Positions 36,245-43,663 of a stretch of 43,663 nt of DNA are shown in pieces. The DNA is from an uncultured Bacteroidota bacterium. GTDB taxonomy: Bacteria; Bacteroidota; Bacteroidia; Flavobacteriales; Schleiferiaceae. The notes beneath the pieces are model-generated. The model ran no database searches and had not been told where the DNA came from. It saw only the letters and a list, made by a program, of their open reading frames with translations. The translations under genes and the position numbers were made by a program. The stretch covers positions 1 to 43,663 of the forward strand of contig CAJXMS010000001.1 of the NCBI GenBank assembly GCA_913056475.1. The letters are read 5' to 3'. The stretch's first letter is position 1, and every line of letters begins with the position of its first letter.

Positions 36245-36661
36245 ATGCCATACTTTCCGCCCAGGCGTTTGTTGCTCGCCGCTTTTATTCTCCTTTGGAT
36301 AGGCGCTTGCGTGGAAGATCCGGATGAAAGCTTTTTTCCCGATCCAGCGGCCCAGTATCACGGTACCTGGCAGGTGCGGGAAGAAACCGGCTTTAGCGCG
36401 CCGCAGTCTTACGCCATCACCATAACCGAGGATACCAGCGCGCAGGGGGATATTCTGCTGAAGGGCTTGTACAATGTATCGGGAACTGCTGTAAGCGCTA
36501 CGGTAAATGGCACCGACTTCAACATCCCCAATCAGCGCTCCGCTGGCATCCAGTTCTTTGGCTACGGTACCGCCCAGGAAGATTACACCCAGCTCACCCT
36601 CCAGTTTACCGCCAATGATGGCGCCGGAGCCGATGAAGTCCGCGCCACCGCTACTCGCTAA
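36245..36661 (+). CDS. Hypothetical lipoprotein
   Basis: The signal peptide carries the lipobox IGAC. It looks like a small beta-rich protein with no recognised family. Confidence 0.6.
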   Translation: MPYFPPRRLLLAAFILLWIGACVEDPDESFFPDPAAQYHGTWQVREETGFSAPQSYAITITEDTSAQGDILLKGLYNVSGTAVSATVNGTDFNIPNQRSAGIQFFGYGTAQEDYTQLTLQFTANDGAGADEVRATATR

Positions 36662-36867
36662 CCGCAGCTTGTAATGACCTGGCAGAACCGAGCTATTGGT
36701 GAAATTTCGGGCTGTTAATTATTTCTTCTGGGACCTACACGACCCCCGGCTTGGGCTTGAAAATGAGAATGGCTTTTGGGAAGCTGGCTTCATGGCCTTA
36801 ATCAAAAGCACAAGCGAAACCTTAATTTTTCATTCCTGCCGGGAAAAACAAGAGGAGGGAAAGGTGA

Positions 36868-37623
36868 CTAAAAATTATAACGTACCCCCACGTTGGCGCC
36901 CAGATTCAGAAGGGTTTCCCGCGGAAAGGCGTCGATGTCTACCATCTGGTTGAGCATATACTTGATGCCGCCCCGCACAAAGAAGCCAAAATCATTGGTT
37001 ACCCAGTACTGGCCGCCCACCATAATGCCCACCGAATAATTAGTGCTCTGCAGGCTATCGTTCACATTGCCCAGGGCCTGAGGCTCCTGGCCGGCCACCA
37101 AAAACTGGCCCTGGTAGCGGTCTATAAAATTGAGCTCTACCATGGGGACCACCTCTAAGTCAAAAACCTCGGAGATGGAGGAGTTAAAATTGATCTTAAC
37201 CGGCACCGTGTACATGCTTACATCCACTTGGTAATCGGCGGCAAGCGTATCCAGCCCTCCGCCAAAGTAGTTCACATCGCCCAGCGTGTAGCCCCCGTAG
37301 GCATAGCCAAAACCGACGCTCAGGTCAAAGGTGCTACTAAGCTCATAGATCAGGTCCAGGTGGTAATTCACTTTCCAGGTGCCGCTCGCTTCATCGCTCG
37401 TGGCGGTAAAGGCGCCGCCTTCGCCAAAGTCATCATTGATGAGCCGTAAATCGGTATTTACCGGATTGGCATTGAGCGCTACGCCCAGGCGGAAGTTTTT
37501 CACCTCACTATCGGTATAATACACGATTTCATCTTTTTTATCCTTGCGTTTTTGCTCGTTCTTTTCTTGCGCCATGGTCCACGAGGCGCTTAATAAAAGG
37601 AGGAGGAGAGGAGCTATTTTCAT
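36868..37623 (-). CDS. Outer-membrane beta-barrel protein (porin-family-like)
   Basis: It has the signal peptide MKIAPLLLLLLSASWTMAQ, an alternating beta-strand pattern and the C-terminus GVRYNF with terminal Phe. Its ATG overlaps the alaS stop (ATGA). Confidence 0.7.
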   Translation of the reverse strand: MKIAPLLLLLLSASWTMAQEKNEQKRKDKKDEIVYYTDSEVKNFRLGVALNANPVNTDLRLINDDFGEGGAFTATSDEASGTWKVNYHLDLIYELSSTFDLSVGFGYAYGGYTLGDVNYFGGGLDTLAADYQVDVSMYTVPVKINFNSSISEVFDLEVVPMVELNFIDRYQGQFLVAGQEPQALGNVNDSLQSTNYSVGIMVGGQYWVTNDFGFFVRGGIKYMLNQMVDIDAFPRETLLNLGANVGVRYNF

Positions 37624-40259
37624 GGTGTATTCAAGTTTTCTTTAGCCTTTTGCAGCGCATTTTCGATACCAGCCGGGTAGCTGCCCCCCGCCATGGCAAA
37701 TTGCGGCTGCCCCCCGCCTCCGCCGCGGATTTCAGCTGCCAGTTCTTTTATCCACTGGCCCGCTTGCCAGTTTTTTGTTTGGAGCACCTCATCCCCCAGG
37801 GCCACCGCCAGTTGTGCCTTACCCTGGTCTTCCGTAGCTACCACCGCTACCAGCTGCGGCTGCTCCTGGCGGAGCTGCAGCAGTACTTCTTTTAGGGGGC
37901 CTGCGGCCAAATGTGATTTGCACACCAATACTTGCATTCCGTCCTGTTCGGTAAGGGCCTCTTTCCAGCCGCGCTTCTCCGCCTGAGCGGCTTCTTTCTG
38001 ATAAGCGCTCACTAATTTACGGAGTTCCGCATTATCGGCTTTGAGCTGGTCTACGGCCTTGAGCAGGTCCTTTGGGTTCTTCAGGTTCTGGCTTAGCTGC
38101 CCTAGCGTGTCGCGCTGCGCATTGAGATGAGCACGGGCGGCATGCCCGGTTAGGGCTTCTACCCGTCGCACACCGGAGGCTACCGCTCCTTCACTGGTAA
38201 GGGTAAAAAGACCTATCTGGCCCGTAGCTTCTACGTGAAGACCACCGCAGAGTTCCAGGCTATCGCCAAACTGAATGGCACGCACCGTGTCGCCGTACTT
38301 TTCCCCAAAAAGCGCCAGCGCTCCCATTTCCAGTGCCTTTTGGTGGGCGATCTGCCGATACTCTTGCCGGGGAAGGTTTTCCAGAATGCGTTCATTTACA
38401 AAATCTTCTACCTGCCGGAGCTCTTCTTCGCTGAGCTTGCTGAAGTGGCTAAAATCAAACCGTAGATAATCCGGATGCACCAAGGAACCCTTTTGGGCCA
38501 CATGGGTACCCAGCACCGAACGGAGGGCCTGGTGCAGTAGGTGGGTAGCGCTATGGTTAAGGCTGGCCCTGTGCCGCCGGTCGGCGTTTACCCGGGCGGT
38601 AAAGCGCGCGTCCACTTTTCGGGGCAAATTTTTGCTGAGGTGCACGATGAGGCCGTGCTCCTTCCTGGTGTCAAAGATGGGGAGACTTTCCTCTCCGTCC
38701 AGCAGTTCGCCGCTGTCGCCCACCTGGCCCCCTCCCTCCGGATAGAAGGGGGTGAGGTTGAACACCAGCTGGTAATGCCGGCCTTTTTTGGTCTTTACTT
38801 CCCGGTAGCGGGTTATCTGCACCTGGGATTCCAGCTGGTCGTATCCTACAAATTCCTCCTGGTCATCTTCCCGCAGCACTACCCAGTCTTCGGTATCTTG
38901 CTGGGTGGCGGCCCGGGCCCGTTCTTTTTGCTTGCGCATTTCCGTATGGTAGCCTGCTTCATCGTAGCTGTAGCCCTTTTCTTTTAAGATCAAGGCGGTA
39001 AGATCGGGCGGGAAGCCGTAGGTATCATAAAGTTCAAAAACGGCGGCGCCGCTTATGGCTTTTCCACTGCTCTGGGCCAGGATCTGTTCCAGCCGCTGGA
39101 GGCCTTGCTCCAGCGTTCTTAAAAAAGATTGCTCTTCCTCCTTGATCACCTTTTCGATCAGCTCTTGCTGGCTTTCCAATTCGGGGAAATGACGGCCCAT
39201 TTCTTGCCGTAGCAGGTCTACCAAGCGGTAAATAAAAGGCTGCCCTTGCCGGAGGTAGGAATAGCCATAGCGGATCGCCCGCCGCAAGATCCGGCGGATC
39301 ACGTAACCGGCGCCATTATTGCCCGGCAGCTGGCCATCGGCTATGGCAAAGGCCACCGCCCGTACGTGGTCCGCTACCACCCGCATGGCCGTATCGGTCT
39401 CCTCTTGCCGGCCGTAGCGCTGCTGGCTCAGCTCCCCTACGCGCTCCAGTAAGGGGGTAAATACGTCGGTATCATAATTGGAATATACGCCCTGGAGCGC
39501 CATACATAAGCGCTCAAAGCCCATCCCCGTGTCCACATTCTTAAAGGGCAGCCGCTCCAGGCGGCCATCGGCCATCCGCTGGTACTCCATGAATACCAGG
39601 TTCCAGAGCTCCACCACCAGGGGGTGGTCTTGATTGACCAGCTCGTGCCCGGGGGTAGCCTTACGTTCCGCTTCACGGCGCAGGTCTATGTGAATTTCCG
39701 AACAGGGGCCACAGGGACCCGTAGCCCCCATTTCCCAAAAATTATCGCTTTTATCCCCCTCCAAAATGCGCTCCTCTTTTATCCAGCGCCGCCACTCCGC
39801 GGCGGCTTCCTCATCGCGGCCCAGCTGATCATCCTTATCGCCGCAAAAAACCGTTACGTATAGCCGGTCCTTATCCAGGCCATACACCTCCGTGAGCAGC
39901 TCCCAAGACCAAGCGATGGTTTCCGCCTTGAAAAAGTCCCCGAAACTCCAGTTGCCCAGCATCTCAAACATGGTGTGGTGGTAGGTATCGTGCCCTACTT
40001 CTTCCAGGTCGTTGTGCTTGCCCGATACGCGGAGGCACTTTTGGGTATCGACCACCCGGCTATGCGGCGGTTTTACGTGGCCCAGGAAGGCATCTTTGAA
40101 TTGATTCATCCCCGCGTTGGTAAACATCAGGCTGGGATCATCTTTCAGCACCATAGGGGCCGAAGAAACGGCCAGGTGTTCCCGTTTTTGGAAAAAATCA
40201 AGAAAGGTTTCACGTACCTTTTGGGCGGTCCAGGCTTCACTCATAGGAGGGCTTTGCAC
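37620..40259 (-). CDS. alaS: Alanine--tRNA ligase
   Basis: It is 879 aa. Motifs include FTNAGMNQFKD, GNWSFGDFFK and the HxxxH editing-domain motif HSATHLLHQALR. A C-terminal DHHA1-like domain is present. Confidence 0.97.
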   Translation of the reverse strand: MQSPPMSEAWTAQKVRETFLDFFQKREHLAVSSAPMVLKDDPSLMFTNAGMNQFKDAFLGHVKPPHSRVVDTQKCLRVSGKHNDLEEVGHDTYHHTMFEMLGNWSFGDFFKAETIAWSWELLTEVYGLDKDRLYVTVFCGDKDDQLGRDEEAAAEWRRWIKEERILEGDKSDNFWEMGATGPCGPCSEIHIDLRREAERKATPGHELVNQDHPLVVELWNLVFMEYQRMADGRLERLPFKNVDTGMGFERLCMALQGVYSNYDTDVFTPLLERVGELSQQRYGRQEETDTAMRVVADHVRAVAFAIADGQLPGNNGAGYVIRRILRRAIRYGYSYLRQGQPFIYRLVDLLRQEMGRHFPELESQQELIEKVIKEEEQSFLRTLEQGLQRLEQILAQSSGKAISGAAVFELYDTYGFPPDLTALILKEKGYSYDEAGYHTEMRKQKERARAATQQDTEDWVVLREDDQEEFVGYDQLESQVQITRYREVKTKKGRHYQLVFNLTPFYPEGGGQVGDSGELLDGEESLPIFDTRKEHGLIVHLSKNLPRKVDARFTARVNADRRHRASLNHSATHLLHQALRSVLGTHVAQKGSLVHPDYLRFDFSHFSKLSEEELRQVEDFVNERILENLPRQEYRQIAHQKALEMGALALFGEKYGDTVRAIQFGDSLELCGGLHVEATGQIGLFTLTSEGAVASGVRRVEALTGHAARAHLNAQRDTLGQLSQNLKNPKDLLKAVDQLKADNAELRKLVSAYQKEAAQAEKRGWKEALTEQDGMQVLVCKSHLAAGPLKEVLLQLRQEQPQLVAVVATEDQGKAQLAVALGDEVLQTKNWQAGQWIKELAAEIRGGGGGQPQFAMAGGSYPAGIENALQKAKENLNTP

Positions 40260-40380
40260 AGCGGGTTGTTCATTACACGAAAAGAGCGCTGGCCAGGCAT
40301 CCCGATAGATTGCCCTATCTTAGCGCTTTGCCCCAAAAGGCCCACCCGGCGGGCCCTTGGAGCGGTCAAAATTAAGCATA

Positions 40381-41352
40381 ATGGCTAAGGTTAAGTACTA
40401 CTACGACCCCAAAACCCTTTCCTACCGCAAAATAGAAAAAGGCGCCGCCTATCAGGCCCGCCAAACCCTGCTCTATCTCGCCTCCGCCGCCCTGCTGGGG
40501 CTTATTTTCTACTTCGTGGCCGATAACTTTATCGACTCCCCCAAAGAAAAGCGCCTCCGCCGGGAGCTCGAAAACATGAAACTGCAGTACAGCATCCTGA
40601 ACCAGCGCCTCGACCAGCTCAACCAGGTGCTGGCCAAACTGGAGGATCGCGACGATAATATCTACCGCGTCGTATTTGAAGCCGAGCCCATTCCCGCGTC
40701 CGTTCGCCAAGCTGGCTTTGGGGGCGCCAATCGCTATGAAAAACTGGAAGGCTTTGAAAACTCCGAACTCATTAAAGAAACCGCCCGCCGGGTAGACAAG
40801 CTCTCCAAACGGATGTACGTCCAGTCTAAGTCTTACCAGGAGCTTATCGACATGGCCGAAAACAAACAAAAACTGCTGGAAGCCATTCCCTCCATTCAGC
40901 CGGTCCCCAACGAGGACCTTCGGCGGATGGCTTCCGGCTACGGCTGGCGGATCGACCCCTTTACCAAAGCCCGGAAATTTCACTACGGTATGGACTTCTC
41001 CGCCCCCATCGGAACCCCCGTGTACGCCACCGGCGATGGTAAAGTGATCCGGGCAGACAATCACTCCAGCGGGTACGGACGCCATATCCGGATAGATCAC
41101 GGCTACGGCTACCGCACCTTGTATGCCCACCTGAATGATTACAATGTGCGCCAGGGACAGCGGGTAAGCCGCGGCCAAATAATAGGCTTCCTGGGCAGCT
41201 CCGGCCGCTCTACCGGCCCCCACCTCCACTACGAGGTACACCGGGATAAAGAACGCCTCAACCCTATGAACTTCTACTACGGCGAACTCTCGCCCAAAGA
41301 GTATCAACAAGCCATCTCCCTGAGCAGCCAAAGCAATCAATCCTTTGACTAA
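40381..41352 (+). CDS. M23 family metallopeptidase
   Basis: It has an N-terminal TM, a coiled coil, and HYGMDFSAPIGTPVYATGDGKV plus GSSGRSTGPHLHYEV. The ATG at 40381 is preferred over the tracked TTG at 40357. Confidence 0.9.
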   Translation: MAKVKYYYDPKTLSYRKIEKGAAYQARQTLLYLASAALLGLIFYFVADNFIDSPKEKRLRRELENMKLQYSILNQRLDQLNQVLAKLEDRDDNIYRVVFEAEPIPASVRQAGFGGANRYEKLEGFENSELIKETARRVDKLSKRMYVQSKSYQELIDMAENKQKLLEAIPSIQPVPNEDLRRMASGYGWRIDPFTKARKFHYGMDFSAPIGTPVYATGDGKVIRADNHSSGYGRHIRIDHGYGYRTLYAHLNDYNVRQGQRVSRGQIIGFLGSSGRSTGPHLHYEVHRDKERLNPMNFYYGELSPKEYQQAISLSSQSNQSFD

Positions 41353-41690
41353 TGGAAGAATCAGCGCCGGATACCAGCGAAAAGCGTTACTACAGCATCG
41401 GAGAAGTAGCCCAAATGCTGCAGGTAAATCCCTCCCTTATCCGTTTTTGGGAGCAGGAATTTGATAGCCTCAAGCCGCGCAAAAACCGCAAGGGAAACCG
41501 GCTTTTTACCCCCCAGGACCTGGAGCAGCTCAAGCTTATCTATTACCTGGTGAAAGAGCGGGGTTTTACCCTTAAAGGGGCCCGCGAAAAACTTCGCCAT
41601 AACAAGGATGATACCGCCCAAAACGCCCGGGTAGTGGAGCGCCTCCATCAAATCAAGCAGGCCCTGGCCGAGCTTCGGGATGCCCTTTAG
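41352..41690 (+). CDS. MerR family transcriptional regulator (short, no obvious effector domain)
   Basis: YYSIGEVAQMLQVNPSLIRFWEQEF is the helix-turn-helix. Its start overlaps the M23 stop (TAATG). Confidence 0.85.
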   Translation: MEESAPDTSEKRYYSIGEVAQMLQVNPSLIRFWEQEFDSLKPRKNRKGNRLFTPQDLEQLKLIYYLVKERGFTLKGAREKLRHNKDDTAQNARVVERLHQIKQALAELRDAL

Positions 41691-41702
41691 CCGCGCACGG
41701 GG

Positions 41703-41745
41703 GCGGCCTCCCGGCCAAAGGAAAGGCCGGCCGCTGCAAAAATTT
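41703..41745 (+). terminator. Rho-independent terminator
   Basis: The GC-rich stem gcggcc..cggcc / ggccggccgc is followed by an A/T tract (tgcaaaaattt). Confidence 0.65.
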
Positions 41746-41874
41746 CCTCCGGAATGATCCCGCTGGTTCGTCTTGAATTGACACCCGCTCCTCCTCAATT
41801 TATGCCATTGCGGCAGATGCCGTACCTTGGCACCACTTTGGAAATACACATAAGATAACTTGCTAAATTTTACC

Positions 41875-42465
41875 ATGAAAAAAGGACTTATAGCGCTGCT
41901 CGTAATAGGGGGGCTGGTACTGATCGCTTTCTTCTCGCTGCGCGGTATGTACAATCAGATGGTAGACTTCCAGGAAGGGGCTACCGCGCAGTGGGCCAAC
42001 GTGGAAACGGCTTACCAACGGCGTGCCGACCTGGTGCCCAATCTGGTGAATACCGTGAAAGGTTACGCCGATTTTGAACAGGAAACGCTGACCCAGGTAA
42101 TTGAGGCCCGCAGCAAGGCTACCGGGGTCAACGTGGATGCCGAAAACCTTAATCCGGAGCAAATCCAGAAATTCCAAAAGGCACAGCAAAAGCTAAGTGG
42201 TGCGCTTAGCAGGCTCCTGGTAAGCGTGGAGCGCTATCCCAATCTCAAGGCAAGCCAAAATTTCCTGGCCCTGCAGTCTCAGCTGGAAGGGACAGAAAAC
42301 CGTATATCGGTAGAGCGCCGTCGCTTCAACGAATCCGTGCGCGCTTACAACACCTACATCCGTAAATTTCCGCAAACCTTTGTGGCCAGCATGGGGGGCT
42401 TCCAGAAGAAGGGCTACTTTGAATCCGATGAAGGAGCTGATCAGGCACCGGAAGTGCAGTTTTAG
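41875..42465 (+). CDS. LemA family protein
   Basis: The N-terminal TM is followed by WANVETAYQRRADLVPNLVNTVKGYADFEQETL and RYPNLKASQNF...GTENRISVERRRFNESV, a classical LemA signature. The ATG at 41875 is preferred over the tracked TTG at 41860. Confidence 0.9.
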   Translation: MKKGLIALLVIGGLVLIAFFSLRGMYNQMVDFQEGATAQWANVETAYQRRADLVPNLVNTVKGYADFEQETLTQVIEARSKATGVNVDAENLNPEQIQKFQKAQQKLSGALSRLLVSVERYPNLKASQNFLALQSQLEGTENRISVERRRFNESVRAYNTYIRKFPQTFVASMGGFQKKGYFESDEGADQAPEVQF

Positions 42466-42518
42466 CGCCGGAACCACATTTGGCCGCCAGGCCCTATAAA
42501 CAAACGTATCGCTAAGCC

Positions 42519-42965
42519 ATGAGCAAGCAAAGAGATCCCAAAAACTTCTTTACCAAAGCGGAAGAGGCGGAAATTGTGGCCGCCATCCGCGCCGCCGAAA
42601 ACCGCACCAGTGGGGAACTGCGGGTGCACCTGGAAGCCCATACCGATGAGCCCAACCGGGAACACGCCCAGAAGATATTTGAAGAGGCGGGCATGACCCA
42701 AACCGAAAGGCGCAATGGAGTGCTTTTTTATCTGGCTACCGAAGATAAGCAGTTTACCATCCTGGGCGATAAGGGGATAAACGAAAAGGTGCCGGAAGGA
42801 TTTTGGGATGAGATCCGCGATACCATGCAGGATAATTTCCGGCAGGGCCACTTCGTGAAAGGCCTGGTGGCGGGCATCGAAATGGCCGGGAAAGCCCTGG
42901 CTGAATACTTTCCGGTACAGGATGATGACGACAACGAACTAAGTGATGAAATATCTAAGTCTTAA
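42519..42965 (+). CDS. TPM domain-containing protein
   Basis: FFTKAEEAEIVAAIRAAENRTSGELRVHLE and NGVLFYLATEDKQFTILGDKGI are present, and it is positioned after LemA. Confidence 0.8.
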   Translation: MSKQRDPKNFFTKAEEAEIVAAIRAAENRTSGELRVHLEAHTDEPNREHAQKIFEEAGMTQTERRNGVLFYLATEDKQFTILGDKGINEKVPEGFWDEIRDTMQDNFRQGHFVKGLVAGIEMAGKALAEYFPVQDDDDNELSDEISKS

Positions 42966-43663
42966 GCTTGCGCTGGTCCTTGGGGCCTTTTTTTGCCTGG
43001 GGGCAGCGGCCCAAAATGAGCAGCGCTTCCCGGAGCCGCTCCCCGGTGATGTACCGGTAAATGATTACGCCGAGGTGCTCACCGAAAGGCAAGAGCAGCG
43101 GCTGAATAAGTTCCTTACCGGCTATGCGGATACGACTTCTACACAGATAGTGGTGGTTACTATGCAAAGCCTGGGCGGCGAGGATCCCAACCTCTATGCG
43201 GCGGAGCTGGGACAGCAATGGGGCGTGGGCCAGGGCAAGGCCGATAATGGCCTGGTGATGCTGCTGGCCATGAAGGAACGGAAGGTAGCTATTCAAAATG
43301 GCTACGGACTGGAGCCTTATCTGACGGATGCTAAAACCAAGATGGTCATCGAAAAGGACATGCTCCCGGCCTTTCGCCAGGAGCAGTACTATGAGGGGGT
43401 GAAAAATGGTGTGATCCAGGTTGTGCGGATTTTGCAAGGGAGCTTTGACGGGAGTGGGGGCGGCCGTGGCAAGGAGCGGGGGCCTCTTTCGTATGTACCC
43501 CTGGCCCTGCTGGGGCTGGTTATGATTTACCTGCTTTTTAAGCGCCGGGGCGGGGGTGGCGGCCGGGGCAGTGGCTACCGGCGCGGCATGGCTGGCGGCA
43601 TGGCCGGTGGCATGTGGCTGGGTGGTATGCCCATGGGTGGCGGTGGCTTTGGTGGTGGAGGCG
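42946..43663 (+). CDS. TPM domain-containing protein, YgcG-like (3' end cut by window edge)
   Basis: Absent from the ORF track because there is no stop in the window. My translation is MKYLSLKLALVLGAFFCLGAAAQNEQRFPEPLPGDVPVNDYAEVLTERQEQRLNKFLTGYADTTSTQIVVVTMQSLGGEDPNLYAAELGQQWGVGQGKADNGLVMLLAMKERKVAIQNGYGLE..., then a TM segment and a Gly-rich tail. It overlaps the upstream TPM gene by 20 nt. Confidence 0.8.
   Translation, partial: MKYLSLKLALVLGAFFCLGAAAQNEQRFPEPLPGDVPVNDYAEVLTERQEQRLNKFLTGYADTTSTQIVVVTMQSLGGEDPNLYAAELGQQWGVGQGKADNGLVMLLAMKERKVAIQNGYGLEPYLTDAKTKMVIEKDMLPAFRQEQYYEGVKNGVIQVVRILQGSFDGSGGGRGKERGPLSYVPLALLGLVMIYLLFKRRGGGGGRGSGYRRGMAGGMAGGMWLGGMPMGGGGFGGGG

Noticed and set aside
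36696-36953. An 85-aa plus-strand ORF in the spacer after the 36245-36661 gene.
   Set aside because: It overlaps the 3' end of the well-supported minus-strand beta-barrel gene. It has no signal, motif or promoter, so it is likely spurious.
40372-41340. A 322-aa ORF antisense to the M23 peptidase gene that covers almost exactly the same coordinates.
   Set aside because: It is a codon-aligned mirror frame of a gene with unmistakable M23 motifs. The same artefact is seen opposite cysQ (14808-15383) and gcvH (12780-13175).
41754-41858. A 34-aa ORF (MIPLVRLELTPAPPQF...) in the merR-lemA spacer.
   Set aside because: It has no promoter box or conservation cue and its composition is not protein-like. 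It probably arose by chance.
43540-43663. GGC/GGT-rich repetitive DNA at the window end.
   Set aside because: It encodes the Gly-rich C-terminal tail typical of YgcG-like TPM proteins. It is not a CRISPR array or a tandem non-coding repeat.
1-43663. A search for tRNA, rRNA, CRISPR arrays, IS or transposase genes, integrases, phage genes and known defence genes.
   Set aside because: None was recognised by eye on either strand. All large ORFs have housekeeping or envelope assignments, and no T-loop-like GGTTCGAATCC-type motif occurs in the spacers.

Overview
This window reads as an ordinary core-chromosome segment of a Bacteroidota genome, probably Flavobacteriia-like, with GC above 50% by eye (not computed). 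The hallmarks are the T9SS translocon gene sprA directly after ruvA, several T9SS C-terminal sorting domains, gcvH followed by a VanZ-like gene, and TAnnTTTG-type -7 promoter boxes. I call about 40 protein genes. They cover housekeeping (ruvA, gcvH, cysQ, tsaB, hutU, alaS) and a heme-copper oxidase accessory cluster (cyoE, two subunit-III-like genes, subunit IV, SCO, DUF420, and a small CxxC protein). They also cover envelope functions: TonB, TolC plus a periplasmic adaptor, OmpH/Skp, an M23 peptidase, a glucosaminidase-LysM protein, LemA-TPM-TPM, and Omp28-like and T9SS cargo proteins. Three coding regions are missing from the ORF track and were found by reading the sequence. Two are edge-truncated genes (1-870 on the minus strand, 42946-43663 on the plus strand). 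The third is a 52-aa Cys-rich DUF5522-like ORF (31559-31717). I see no rRNA, tRNA, CRISPR array, transposase, integrase or recognisable defence genes, and I cannot support a convincing novel multi-gene system. The least explained content is non-coding. Five unusually long spacers carry hairpins and share short, degenerate sequence blocks, which may mark an uncharacterised small intergenic element or sRNA family. A tandem TTAGAA/TTCTAA palindrome array also sits in front of the oxidase-assembly operon promoter. All family assignments come from motif reading and memory; no database search was possible.
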